Assembly: GCA_964448705.1 (NCBI GenBank)
Contig: CAYUZS010000002.1
Span: 113,577-177,576, forward strand
Length of the DNA stretch: 64,000 nucleotides
Direction of reading: 5' to 3'
Origin: an uncultured Gammaproteobacteria bacterium
GTDB taxonomy: Bacteria; Patescibacteriota; Microgenomatia; UBA12405
In this document: piece after piece, positions 19,953-30,100 of the stretch
How the letters are laid out: each line of letters opens with the position of its first letter
Numbering within the stretch: position 1 is the first letter of the stretch
The notes under the pieces: generated by a model
Database searches by the model: none
Told to the model about the DNA's origin: nothing
What the model saw: the letters and a program-made list of their open reading frames with translations, nothing else
Translations under genes and position numbers: made by a program

Positions 19953-21553
19953 AATTTTTTAAAGAACACAAATGGCTGATAGGAATATTGATATTGGCAG
20001 CTATAGTCAGAATTGTTGGAATTGATTATTTGGAATTATTCGGCGATGAAATAGATGCAGGATACCAATCGTATTCGTTAATGACGAACGCAAGCGATTA
20101 TAAGGGACATTTTTTACCGACATATATGCAAAGTTTTTCCGAGTGGAGAGCTCCGGGAATGATGTATGCCATGGTTCCGTTTATAAAAATATTCGGATTA
20201 AATGAGTGGGGAGTACGTTTGCCGGCGGCATTATGGGGATTAATGAGCATAGTCGGATTTTATTGTTTACTCCAACTGAGCGGAATAAATAAAAAGACAG
20301 CCTTATGGTCAACATTCTTTTTAGCGATTGCTCCCTGGCATATTCAATACAGTCGGGCGGCATTTGAAATTACCCTGCTGGCTTCAGAAATAATTTGGGG
20401 AACATTTTTGTTGATAAAGGGGATCAAAACTAAACGAAATATTTTTATAATCGGAGCGGGATTAGTTTTGTCACTTGGTTTTTATACCTATAACACCGCG
20501 AATATTTATGTCCCATTAATTTGTCTTTTAACTTTGATTTATTTTAAAGCCCACAAAAAACAATGCTTGGTTTTAATAATATCGGGAATAATTTTTAGTC
20601 TACCAATCGGCTACCAGATATTATTCGGACATGCTTCTGAAAGATTTAAAACTATATCCATATTTAACAACAAAGAAGTGATTGCTGAAGTAAATGAATA
20701 CCGGAACAAGGATAATATTTCACTGGTATCCAAAGTTTTTTATAACAAACTGACTATGGGCGGAAAAAGAATTCTGTTTAATTATTCAAATGCATTTGGG
20801 AGTAATTTTTTATTTTATGAGGGTGATGTTACCTTTAGACACTCTTTACATCAGGTCGGTAACTTATATTGGATTTGGCTGCCGGTAATTATAATCGGTT
20901 TAATATCAGCCAATAAATACTGGCTATGGTTGTTAATGATTACTCCCATCCCCTCCTCGCTAACAATTGATGGATATAACCATGCCACCAGATTGTTGAT
21001 GATGATTTTTCCTTTAGTATATTTAGCCGGTTTAGGAATGTCTAAAGTTAAAAATATATTTAAGGTAGGAATATTGACAGCGACAATATTAAGTTTTGGC
21101 TTTTATCAATACTATTATTGGAATTTTTACAGAAGTGAATCATGGAGATGGTGGCACGTAGGATATAAGGAAGCAATGAATTATATTTCCGATAACAAGA
21201 CTAAATATGCAAAAGTGATAATGGATAATACCTATGAACCGACGGTAGCAAAGTATTTATTTTGGAATAAAATTGATCCCAAAGATATTTTTAATATGGA
21301 CGACAAAATGGATAAAGACATAGACGGTTTTCAGGGATTTTGTATGGATGAGAGAACCTGTTTTGTTAATTACGGACAAAATTTTAAAGTAGAAAATCTG
21401 AAAAGTAAGACTTTATATTTAATCTCTCAGGATAGGAATGTGGGCGGTGATTGGGATTGGACGACATCGGCACCGGAAGGCATTAAGGTTCTTAAAACGG
21501 TACGAAATTATGAAGAAAAACCAATTTTCTATTTAGTCGAGAAAAGCGAATGA
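19931..21553 (+). CDS. GT-C membrane glycosyltransferase (ArnT/PMT_2-like)
   Basis: GDEIDAGYQ, FSEWRAP, VRLPAA, PWHIQYSRAAFE; motifs most similar to 13466-15085. Confidence 0.85.
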   Translation: MDIMVMVKFFKEHKWLIGILILAAIVRIVGIDYLELFGDEIDAGYQSYSLMTNASDYKGHFLPTYMQSFSEWRAPGMMYAMVPFIKIFGLNEWGVRLPAALWGLMSIVGFYCLLQLSGINKKTALWSTFFLAIAPWHIQYSRAAFEITLLASEIIWGTFLLIKGIKTKRNIFIIGAGLVLSLGFYTYNTANIYVPLICLLTLIYFKAHKKQCLVLIISGIIFSLPIGYQILFGHASERFKTISIFNNKEVIAEVNEYRNKDNISLVSKVFYNKLTMGGKRILFNYSNAFGSNFLFYEGDVTFRHSLHQVGNLYWIWLPVIIIGLISANKYWLWLLMITPIPSSLTIDGYNHATRLLMMIFPLVYLAGLGMSKVKNIFKVGILTATILSFGFYQYYYWNFYRSESWRWWHVGYKEAMNYISDNKTKYAKVIMDNTYEPTVAKYLFWNKIDPKDIFNMDDKMDKDIDGFQGFCMDERTCFVNYGQNFKVENLKSKTLYLISQDRNVGGDWDWTTSAPEGIKVLKTVRNYEEKPIFYLVEKSE

Positions 21554-22326
21554 ATTTTTTGTCCGGACCAGGAGATAAGAAACAAAAGATAGTGAACAAA
21601 TTGGCCATGATAGAGTTTAGAACCGGGAATAAGCCGACGCCATTGATTGGCAGAATCGGCTAAATTTTTGCCACTGGCACCATGACGATGGACAACCAAA
21701 GCGGAAGGGTAATAAACAATTTTGGAACCTGTTTTTCTGACCTGACGGCATAAATCCAAATCTTCATAATACATAAAATACTTTTCATTCCAGCCGCCAA
21801 GAGAAAGAAAATAATCCTTTTTTATCAACATACAGCCTCCGGATAATGCCCAAACATGATGAGGAACTAATTTTTGCGGAAGATACTTACTGTAAGCCAC
21901 TTGCCCCAACCAAAACTCTTTAAAGGCATTACAAAGGCTTTGAGGAGGAAACACTGAGGATTGAGGAGTGAGATCGGGATTTAAAAATTTAGGACCGATA
22001 ACACCTATTTCCCGGTGTTTTTGAATATATTCAAACATCGACTCTAAAGAGTTATCGATTAGTTCCATATCTGAATTTAGGAATAAAAGATATTCACCTT
22101 GGGCAGACTGAACTCCAAGATTGTTGCCTTTTGCAAAACCCAAATTCTTTTCGGAAAAGACATATTTAATTGATTTATCTGCGGATAATAATTTCTGAGT
22201 ATTGTCGGTGGAACCATTGTCAACAATAATTACCTGACAGTGGGGCAAATATCGTTTAACAGAATCAAGACAGCGTTTGGTGATGAGGGCAGTATTCCAA
22301 GTGACAATAACAACACTTAATTTCAT
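21529..22326 (-). CDS. GT2 glycosyltransferase (WbbL rhamnosyltransferase-like)
   Basis: VIVTWN, NLGFAKGNN, FLNSD, FMYYEDLDLC. Confidence 0.88.
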   Translation of the reverse strand: MKLSVVIVTWNTALITKRCLDSVKRYLPHCQVIIVDNGSTDNTQKLLSADKSIKYVFSEKNLGFAKGNNLGVQSAQGEYLLFLNSDMELIDNSLESMFEYIQKHREIGVIGPKFLNPDLTPQSSVFPPQSLCNAFKEFWLGQVAYSKYLPQKLVPHHVWALSGGCMLIKKDYFLSLGGWNEKYFMYYEDLDLCRQVRKTGSKIVYYPSALVVHRHGASGKNLADSANQWRRLIPGSKLYHGQFVHYLLFLISWSGQKIHSLFSTK

Positions 22327-23198
22327 AAAAATTTATCAAATACTTCCCGGTCGGTAAGTTTTGGAAAAACAACAGGAGAAGGATAATTTTTAATTTGTCT
22401 TTTGGCAGCCAGAATAATTTTTATATAATTAGGACCGGAGAGAACCCGGCCGACCTGAGCAATTTTATTTTCGAGAATCATCTGTTTATCGGTGATATTC
22501 CGCCAGACAGTTAACAAACGGTTTCTTTCTTTGACATAATTTGACAAACTGCGGGGAAACTTGGACATAGTCGCCTCGTGAAGATGTTCGACGACACTTT
22601 TTGGCTCCCATAATAACTGCCAGCCGGATTTCCAGGCCCGATAACCAAGATCTAAATCTTCAGAATAAAAAGGGGCGTATATTTCATCGAAACCACCTAG
22701 TTTTAGGAATTTTTTTCTGTCGATAATTGAGCTGCCTCCGGAAACCCAACCGGAAATATGGGTTTTGGCAATATCGGTTCCCGGTTCATGTTGGAGATAG
22801 CCTTCCGACCATTTTAATCTGGCCCAATTTTCATGATGAAGTTCAGCAAAGCCAACGCCAAATATTTTTGGATCAGAAAAGTGAGTTAATGTTGGCTTAA
22901 TATAGCCGGGATGAGGGCGGATATCATTATTCAATAAAACTACATAATCACCTTTAGCGGTGGTTACTGCCTGATTTGAATTTTTACCAAAACCTAGATT
23001 TTGAGGATGAGAAATAATCTTAATTTGAGGATATTTTTTTTGCAGTTCGGCAACATAAGCGACACTGTTATCTTCTGAAGCATCATCGGCCAAAATAATT
23101 TCTGAGGCCTGGTCGGAGGATTCGATAACAGAAAGAAAATATTTTTTAAGAAGAGAGAGACCGTTCCAATTGGTGACCACAACAGATATTTTTTTCAT
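22323..23198 (-). CDS. GT2 glycosyltransferase
   Basis: DDASED, NLGFG, LLNND, FYSEDLDLGYRA. Confidence 0.88.
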   Translation of the reverse strand: MKKISVVVTNWNGLSLLKKYFLSVIESSDQASEIILADDASEDNSVAYVAELQKKYPQIKIISHPQNLGFGKNSNQAVTTAKGDYVVLLNNDIRPHPGYIKPTLTHFSDPKIFGVGFAELHHENWARLKWSEGYLQHEPGTDIAKTHISGWVSGGSSIIDRKKFLKLGGFDEIYAPFYSEDLDLGYRAWKSGWQLLWEPKSVVEHLHEATMSKFPRSLSNYVKERNRLLTVWRNITDKQMILENKIAQVGRVLSGPNYIKIILAAKRQIKNYPSPVVFPKLTDREVFDKFL

Positions 23199-23200
23199 AT

Positions 23201-24394
23201 TTAAAGCAAAGATTGTAAGTTTTGAACGAATTTAGTTTTAGAAAATATCTGACTGCGGGTTTGACAATCGGCCGACATCTCCTTTAATAATTGAGGTGAT
23301 TTGATTAAAAGAGAAGTTTTGGCAACTAAATCATCAATATTTTCCCACAGATAGCCTGTTTTACCTTCCTGAACAATTTCCGGTAGACCGCCTTTTTTAA
23401 CTACCAAAGGAACTGAGCCTGAGGCCATGGCTTCAACCGGAGCAATACCAAAATGTTCTGTATTTTCCGGATGGAGGGTTTCGTCGACACCATAACCGGC
23501 TGCATGCCAATAAATTTTGGAGCGGGAATAAATATCGGCCAAATCTTTAAAATCGGGATTAATGATAAAAGTAACCGGGAGCTTGCCGGTTAAAGTGTGA
23601 AGATGATTAAGATAACTGTTCTTTTCCGGGGTATCAAAACTGCCGCCAGCCAGAACTAGTTTCCAGTCCGGATGTTGGGTATGAAGTTTTTTAAAAGCGT
23701 CGATGAGAATATCCTGTTTTTTGGAATTGAGAAGATTATCAAAACGACCGACAGAAAGAATAATATTTTCCTTTTGAGAAGAAGAGTGAAATTTTTCTAC
23801 ATCAACCGGAGGATAAACAGTGATACATTTACTACCGAAACGTGCGGAAGCAAAATTTTTTGTAAATTGGGAGTTACAAATTATCCGACGGTGAAACATG
23901 GTTTTTAGACGATTGGCGACATTCTGAAAAACGGAGTTTTCCTGAACAAAGGGAACCTGAACATGCAAAAGATTATTTTTGGAAAATAAAAGCGGTACAC
24001 TCCAATCACTAATATAGAAAAATAAATCGTACTGTCGGGTAATTTTTACTTTGTTAATCAGTGATTTTATTTTATGGGCGTATCCGGAAGTTAAATGATG
24101 TTTGGTAATTATATTTAAACTGGAAACATCTTCGACACAATCTATCTTTTGAGGGACAACATCAAAAATATCGGCGACAAAGCGAGCATCCTGAAGATTC
24201 AAATTAAAACGTTCCTGAGCTTTAGTAAGTAGATTCTGGTCCCCGGACCAAAATATATCGACCTGATAACCTTGCTGAAGCAACATTTCGACTACGGTAA
24301 GACAATATCGTTCTCCACCGCCGAGCGTATCAAGGTAGGGATCGTAGATACCAGCTTTTTTAATCATGTTGTTGCAACTCCCACAGTCTAGCAT
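23201..24394 (-). CDS. GT4 glycosyltransferase
   Basis: LGGGERY, NSQFT, YPPVD, VGRF, EHFGIAPVEAMASG. Start probably the internal MIKK ATG. Confidence 0.9.
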   Translation of the reverse strand: MLDCGSCNNMIKKAGIYDPYLDTLGGGERYCLTVVEMLLQQGYQVDIFWSGDQNLLTKAQERFNLNLQDARFVADIFDVVPQKIDCVEDVSSLNIITKHHLTSGYAHKIKSLINKVKITRQYDLFFYISDWSVPLLFSKNNLLHVQVPFVQENSVFQNVANRLKTMFHRRIICNSQFTKNFASARFGSKCITVYPPVDVEKFHSSSQKENIILSVGRFDNLLNSKKQDILIDAFKKLHTQHPDWKLVLAGGSFDTPEKNSYLNHLHTLTGKLPVTFIINPDFKDLADIYSRSKIYWHAAGYGVDETLHPENTEHFGIAPVEAMASGSVPLVVKKGGLPEIVQEGKTGYLWENIDDLVAKTSLLIKSPQLLKEMSADCQTRSQIFSKTKFVQNLQSLL

Positions 24395-25142
24395 AAATCA
24401 TATAAGTGTCGAAAGATTCAAAAATAGCAGATATCCAACCGACAGTACCATCCCGCCACATTTGTTGTTTAATAAGTCTTTCCCAAAGTTTGGTAAAAAT
24501 CATTCTGGGAAAACGCCACCAGACGACAGACGGATGATGATCGGCTAATAATAAACGAGCCTCAGTGTCCGTCCATTTGATACTTTTTTCGAGCATTGAA
24601 GACAAACTGCGATGAGTATAGTGTAAAAGATCTGAAGATATTATTCCTGATTTTCCATCTATTTTCGGCTGTTCGTGAACCTGACCAAAGTAACCATGAA
24701 AACTATTTTTAAGAAACAAACGTTTAACATAATCAGGATAGGTGCCGCCGTAGCGAACCCGTTTACCAAGAAAAAAATTGGCACGGGGAACGTCATAGTT
24801 AGTAATGGAAAGGGAATCAGAATTTACGATTTGAAGAATCTCTTTTTGTAATTGAGGAGTGATCCGTTCATCACAATCAAGATGGAATAACCATTTGGAA
24901 GTAGCTATTTTAGAGCCAAAGTTATGCCAGGCAGAAAAATCGATAGGAACAGGAAGATAACGTTTAACAATTACTTTGGGATTTGTTTTTTTAGCAATTT
25001 GGATGGTTTTAGGTGTGCAGGCCGGGGTGGCAACAATAATTATTTCATCAGCAAAACGACAACTTTTTAGACAGTCAGCAATCATCTCTTCTTCATTTCC
25101 GGCGACAATGATGACAGACAAGGTGTTTTTCATGTCGTCCAC
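24360..25142 (-). CDS. GT2 glycosyltransferase, KdtX/WaaE-like
   Basis: LDCDE, YPDYVKRLF, VHEQP motifs. Confidence 0.85.
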   Translation of the reverse strand: MDDMKNTLSVIIVAGNEEEMIADCLKSCRFADEIIIVATPACTPKTIQIAKKTNPKVIVKRYLPVPIDFSAWHNFGSKIATSKWLFHLDCDERITPQLQKEILQIVNSDSLSITNYDVPRANFFLGKRVRYGGTYPDYVKRLFLKNSFHGYFGQVHEQPKIDGKSGIISSDLLHYTHRSLSSMLEKSIKWTDTEARLLLADHHPSVVWWRFPRMIFTKLWERLIKQQMWRDGTVGWISAIFESFDTYMIYARLWELQQHD

Positions 25143-26062
25143 CTCCCCTGCTGAAAACGATGAAGATAAAAATCAATAACTCCGAATTTCTGCCAAGAAG
25201 AACCTTTAAATAAGGTCCGTATAGATTCGCGAATTAAGGCAAGTTTTGTCCGGATTGAAGCAAACTTGAATCCAAAAATTAGTCTATTTCTGGTTAAGAA
25301 ATAATCATGAAGATTGCTTTTACTGCCAGATGAAGAGGCAGAATTTAAATGCCATATCCGGGACAGAGGTTGATATCCCAATTTATATCCCGATCTTAAA
25401 ATCTGTTCACCAAAATCTATATCTTCATAATAGAGAAAATAGTCTTCGGAAATAAGACCGACTTTTTTAAAAACTGCGGATGGTACCAATAAACAACAAC
25501 CGTTAACAGCGGGTAAATCGGTTCTTGGTCTATCGAATTGACCATTATCAACTTCGTCGATACCGTAATTACCGCCAATAATATTATTCCAATCGATAGT
25601 AGAGCCAACCGACCAAATTACCCTACCAATTTCATTTTTGGAATAGCGATCCTGATGAAACTCGTATCCCGGAGCGAAATAAATTTTGGGAGAAACGGCG
25701 CCAACTTGAGGGTTTTTTTGGGAAAAATCCAAAAGATGTTTTAAAAAATCAGGATCGACAACGACATCATTATTGAGAAGCAACACGTAATCATATTTTT
25801 TTTGTAGTGCTTTTTTAATAGCCTGATTATTCCCATGAGCATAACCTGAATTGGTAGGATTGGAGATAACAGTTACCAGCGGATTACCGGAGAGAGATTT
25901 TTTAAAAATTTCTAAGGAATTGTCGGGAGAATGATTGTCGACAACAAATAAATGATATTTAAAACCCGAGTGATTAATTTTAGAGAGAGATTTTACTAAA
26001 TCCAGCGTTAACTTAGGTTGTTTCCAATTTATAGTGATGATCGCTATCGATGGCATGATCAA
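25130..26062 (-). CDS. GT2 glycosyltransferase (rhamnosyltransferase-like)
   Basis: VVDNHS, GYAHGNN, LLNND, FLYYEDID, TRNR. Confidence 0.88.
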   Translation of the reverse strand: MIMPSIAIITINWKQPKLTLDLVKSLSKINHSGFKYHLFVVDNHSPDNSLEIFKKSLSGNPLVTVISNPTNSGYAHGNNQAIKKALQKKYDYVLLLNNDVVVDPDFLKHLLDFSQKNPQVGAVSPKIYFAPGYEFHQDRYSKNEIGRVIWSVGSTIDWNNIIGGNYGIDEVDNGQFDRPRTDLPAVNGCCLLVPSAVFKKVGLISEDYFLYYEDIDFGEQILRSGYKLGYQPLSRIWHLNSASSSGSKSNLHDYFLTRNRLIFGFKFASIRTKLALIRESIRTLFKGSSWQKFGVIDFYLHRFQQGRWTT

Positions 26063-27015
26063 AAATTTTTAGTAATCCGATTTAATAAATGTCTAATTTT
26101 AATAAAGACCAATTTAAAAATATTGCCAGAGTACTCTTCTTTAAAATATTTAGTAAACCAATAACTATATTCAAATATTGTTTCCTGACTGGCAGAAACA
26201 AAAGATTCTTTGGAGAGAACTTTATCGGAGGAACCTTGTTTTTCCCAAAGACGAACATAAATTAATAAAATGGCAAAAGCTTGCAACAAGGAAAAAACTA
26301 AACCATGAATTCCATCTTTATATCCACCGGCGGCAAAAAAACGACTATTGAATTCCTGAGTTGGTTTTAATATAAAGTCCGAAGTTTTGAGTTTATAGCC
26401 GGAGGCTTTTAGCTCGTCAGCCTGAACACCACTGTAACGAACGGCCCGGTTAACAAATTGAGTGATACTGTCGTAATTATGATGTCTAATGGCCAGTTTT
26501 TCGGTGTCCAGAATGGTTAAACCATTGCCTTTAGTTTCCGGTTGGCTGTGGATTATTTTACTCCAGGTGACATGGCCTTTTTTGAAAAATCTAATAACGT
26601 AATCCGGCCAGGTACGGGAATGACGAAGCCATTTACCAAAAACTAGGTTCTTACGGGGTATTTTTACCCAATCAATATCGGATCTTTTGGTAATACTTTT
26701 TAATTCCGATTTTAAAGTTTTGTTTAAGTATTCATCCGGATCGAGAAGGATAATCCATTTACCGGTGGCTTTGGAAAGAGCAAAATTTCTAGCAGGTTCG
26801 ACAACTGTGGTCCAACGATAGGGATAAACTATAGCACCATATTCGACAGCAACATTATCACTGCCATCAGTAGAATGCATGTCGACGACAATAATCTCAT
26901 CAGCAAAATTCTTGAGTGATTTTAAACATTTTCTGAGGTTTTCAGCTTCATTTCTAACATTAATTACTGCTGATATTAAGGGTTTATTTTTCATAAGGTA
27001 CTGATAGTTTATCAC
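26059..27015 (-). CDS. GT2 glycosyltransferase, KdtX/WaaE-like
   Basis: EPARNF, LDPDE, WPDYVIRFF, GYKDGIHG. Confidence 0.85.
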   Translation of the reverse strand: MINYQYLMKNKPLISAVINVRNEAENLRKCLKSLKNFADEIIVVDMHSTDGSDNVAVEYGAIVYPYRWTTVVEPARNFALSKATGKWIILLDPDEYLNKTLKSELKSITKRSDIDWVKIPRKNLVFGKWLRHSRTWPDYVIRFFKKGHVTWSKIIHSQPETKGNGLTILDTEKLAIRHHNYDSITQFVNRAVRYSGVQADELKASGYKLKTSDFILKPTQEFNSRFFAAGGYKDGIHGLVFSLLQAFAILLIYVRLWEKQGSSDKVLSKESFVSASQETIFEYSYWFTKYFKEEYSGNIFKLVFIKIRHLLNRITKNF

Positions 27016-28667
27016 CTTTGCACCCGGTAGATAAGACTATCCTCATTTTCGAAAATCTTGGATAAATAAAGATTGGAAACATCCAAAAGATATCTTTCTT
27101 TTTGAACACCAGCTAAGTAGATATAATCGATCTGATTATTGACTAAAAAACCACGATCTTCATAGATATTTTTTTGAGAAAAAAATGATTCCGACTGCTG
27201 CCGTCTGGAAGCAACATCATAACCGGAATTTTGATTGTTCATTTCATCTTCTAAAAATACCGGTAAACGGCTATAAGCAGAAACATAGGCGGTGGTTTCA
27301 TAAGCATATAAAGGAACCGGTTCCGAGAGACTCTGTTTGAGATATTGATCGTATGGAACTGTGAGAACAGTACCTTTAGCCTGTTGGGAAAGATAATCCA
27401 GGGCGGAAAGCTCGCCTGTGGTTAAAACAGCCGGAGGAACACGACCAAGATAATTCGGCCAGGATCCTAATAACGACAAAAAATAGGTAGCAAAAATGAT
27501 AAAGGTTAAACCTTTATGTTTTTGTAAATAAGAAGCTAAAAAAAGATTACTGAGAAATAGGGCATAATACAAAAATTGAATAGTGTTCCAACTGGTACCT
27601 TTTTGAATAAAAAAGGTGGGAATTAAAGTGAGAACAAAAATATTTATTAAAAGAATCAATGAAAATTTGTCCCGAAAGTTAGTTTTTAAAAAGCCCAATA
27701 ATCTCCAACCAAAATTACCAATAATAAACAAGAAAAAAGTAGATAACATGAGGATTAAATATCTGGGACCAATTTTGCCGGAGGCTTCGAGAGTGTATCT
27801 CATATTAGCCAAATAAGGTATGAAAATTCTGTCGGGAGATTCGATCATGGAATTGATAAACCAAAAAGGTCGGAAAATCATTAGACCGGAAGATTGAGGG
27901 TTGTAGTTGAAAAACAAAATTAAAGCAACAAACAGAGAGAATATGGTTAATATGATATTTTTTAACGATTTGGAATGGAGAGCATATAATCCAAAAACAG
28001 AAAATCCAATTACAGCTGAATAAGCCTTGGTTATCGGTAAAAGTATCAATAAGAAAAATACGAAAAGTGACTGAAAAAGAGTTAAATTTTTATTAGAAAA
28101 ATTCCGATAAACAATAATTAACAAGACTAATAAAAAAATAAGTGAAAGAGTGTACGGCGGATTGATCTGATTACTCGGAGACTGCATAGCCCAAAAGATG
28201 GATTCACCGTCAAAATTACCCCGGGTAAGAAGGGTGTATATCCAACCAAAAGAATTGGCCAAGGCATTTAAAGAAAGAAACAAGATACCGCCTCTAAAGC
28301 CGGCAGTAAACATTTTTCCTAAGACAAAACTTAGCCACAAAAAGAGAAAAGAAGAAATAATAGGGAATATTTTAAAATACCAAACAGAAGCAGAAATACC
28401 GGATATTTTGACAAGGAAGCTGATTAAAATATCATAAAAAGGATGATAGTTTTTTAAAGTTTCACCGGCAAAGATAGGCATATCGATTTTTAGAGGATTG
28501 GAAATATTGTTTATTAAACTCAAATGCCAAACAGCATCGTGGCCGTTGGCACCCCAAAAACCGATTCCTATTTGACTTTGATGACCGCTTTTAAAGAGAG
28601 GAATAACCTGAATAATAGTTCCGATAATTAAAAATATGATGAGAATTATTTTTTGGGAACGAGCCAT
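27012..28667 (-). CDS. GT-C-fold-like multi-TM membrane protein
   Basis: GHDAVWH...YHPFYD first loop, many TM helices, C-terminal soluble domain typical of GT-C proteins. Confidence 0.65.
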   Translation of the reverse strand: MARSQKIILIIFLIIGTIIQVIPLFKSGHQSQIGIGFWGANGHDAVWHLSLINNISNPLKIDMPIFAGETLKNYHPFYDILISFLVKISGISASVWYFKIFPIISSFLFLWLSFVLGKMFTAGFRGGILFLSLNALANSFGWIYTLLTRGNFDGESIFWAMQSPSNQINPPYTLSLIFLLVLLIIVYRNFSNKNLTLFQSLFVFFLLILLPITKAYSAVIGFSVFGLYALHSKSLKNIILTIFSLFVALILFFNYNPQSSGLMIFRPFWFINSMIESPDRIFIPYLANMRYTLEASGKIGPRYLILMLSTFFLFIIGNFGWRLLGFLKTNFRDKFSLILLINIFVLTLIPTFFIQKGTSWNTIQFLYYALFLSNLFLASYLQKHKGLTFIIFATYFLSLLGSWPNYLGRVPPAVLTTGELSALDYLSQQAKGTVLTVPYDQYLKQSLSEPVPLYAYETTAYVSAYSRLPVFLEDEMNNQNSGYDVASRRQQSESFFSQKNIYEDRGFLVNNQIDYIYLAGVQKERYLLDVSNLYLSKIFENEDSLIYRVQR

Positions 28668-30100
28668 TTTGTTTGTTCAATAAACCAATTAATCTCACGT
28701 TTAGAAAAAATGAAATGATAAACAAAATAAACAGTGACTCCGATTAATATTTTAATTACGATGGACATTATTAAGTTTAAGTGAAGATAATTAACCAATA
28801 AGAGCAAGAAAACGATTGATAGGGAAGCGATCAGCGGATGAAAAATTGTTTTGATTATATTAATAGAAAAAAGCCGGTTGGCGATATACCAGACAACAAA
28901 AGAACTGGAACCGACAATTAAGGCGGCGACAGCTGTTCCCATATAACCATAACGATAACTTAAGAGCGGATAAAAGATCCAGGTGAGAACTGTCCACATA
29001 ATCATGAGTTTGGTGGTGATGCCGATTTTACCGATGGCATTAAAAGCGTTGGTTAGAGGGGTGGTGACAGCGGCAATGGCGGCGTTTATTGCATAAAAAT
29101 ACATCGGAACAATAGCCGGCAGCCATTTTCCATACTTCGGAATTAAGTTAATAAGATCCGGAGCAATCATAGCAATTCCGGCCAGAACCGGAAAAACAAA
29201 AAAAGAAATATAGTAGATACTCTTTTCAATGGAACGGCGGAGAAAATCTTTTTGTTCCTGAATTCTGGCAAAAGTAGGAAAAGTGACTCTCATAATGGCA
29301 TCCATAAAACTAAGCGGAATCCGGGGGCCTTTTTGAGCCCAAGAGAGAATACCAAAAGAATCACGGCCGATAATTCCGGCAACCAAAAGATTGGATAGTC
29401 GATCTTTGGCCATGGCAATAAAAGAATTTAATTGGAAAGGAATTCCAAAACGGAATAGTTTTTTAACCGAGACAAATGAAAAGGAAAAACCGATCGGCCA
29501 CGGACTTAAGCGATAAATAATTATTAGACCGACTAAACTGCGAATAAAAGTAGAGATGGCATAAGAATAAACACCGAAATGAAAAAATGCCAAAACAACA
29601 GCAACGACATAAAAGATTGTATTTTCGATGATATCAATGGTCGATAATATTTTAAAATTTAACTGTCTTTCCAAGAGAACAGAAGGAATGGTTTTGAGTG
29701 AAGCAGCCGCAAAAGAAAAACATAAGGAAATCAAAATCCACATTTCTTTAGAACCGTAACCTTTAGACAGACTGATACGCGGATAAATTAAATAGACAAC
29801 CAACAAAGCAATAAACACTAAAAACTGTTGAATTAAAAATGTAGTCTGTAATTCTTTTTTGGTGACAGATTCTTTTTGTTGAATCAGGGCAGATGCTAAA
29901 CCGACATCAGAAAAATAGCCTAAGATTCCAACAGATTCGGCGACGATAGCAAACAAACCAACCTCTCCGGTACCAAGGAGGATGGTGAGCAAAAAAAAGC
30001 CAATAGTGGAAATTGCCTGAATGCCGATATTTCTGAGAGACAAAAAGACAACACTGACGGTAGTTTTTTGTTTAATTTGTTCGACGTCGATGGATGTCAT
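28646..30100 (-). CDS. Wzx/MOP-family oligosaccharide flippase
   Basis: DVGLASALIQ, LLERQLNFK, FRFG, VTFPTFARIQ; 12-14 TM helices. Confidence 0.9.
   Translation of the reverse strand: MTSIDVEQIKQKTTVSVVFLSLRNIGIQAISTIGFFLLTILLGTGEVGLFAIVAESVGILGYFSDVGLASALIQQKESVTKKELQTTFLIQQFLVFIALLVVYLIYPRISLSKGYGSKEMWILISLCFSFAAASLKTIPSVLLERQLNFKILSTIDIIENTIFYVVAVVLAFFHFGVYSYAISTFIRSLVGLIIIYRLSPWPIGFSFSFVSVKKLFRFGIPFQLNSFIAMAKDRLSNLLVAGIIGRDSFGILSWAQKGPRIPLSFMDAIMRVTFPTFARIQEQKDFLRRSIEKSIYYISFFVFPVLAGIAMIAPDLINLIPKYGKWLPAIVPMYFYAINAAIAAVTTPLTNAFNAIGKIGITTKLMIMWTVLTWIFYPLLSYRYGYMGTAVAALIVGSSSFVVWYIANRLFSINIIKTIFHPLIASLSIVFLLLLVNYLHLNLIMSIVIKILIGVTVYFVYHFIFSKREINWFIEQTKWLVPKK

Noticed and set aside
15085-21553. 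Recombinase-driven invertible (phase-variable) segment
   Set aside because: No terminal inverted repeats or recombinase seen, and the right boundary lies within overlapping coding ends.
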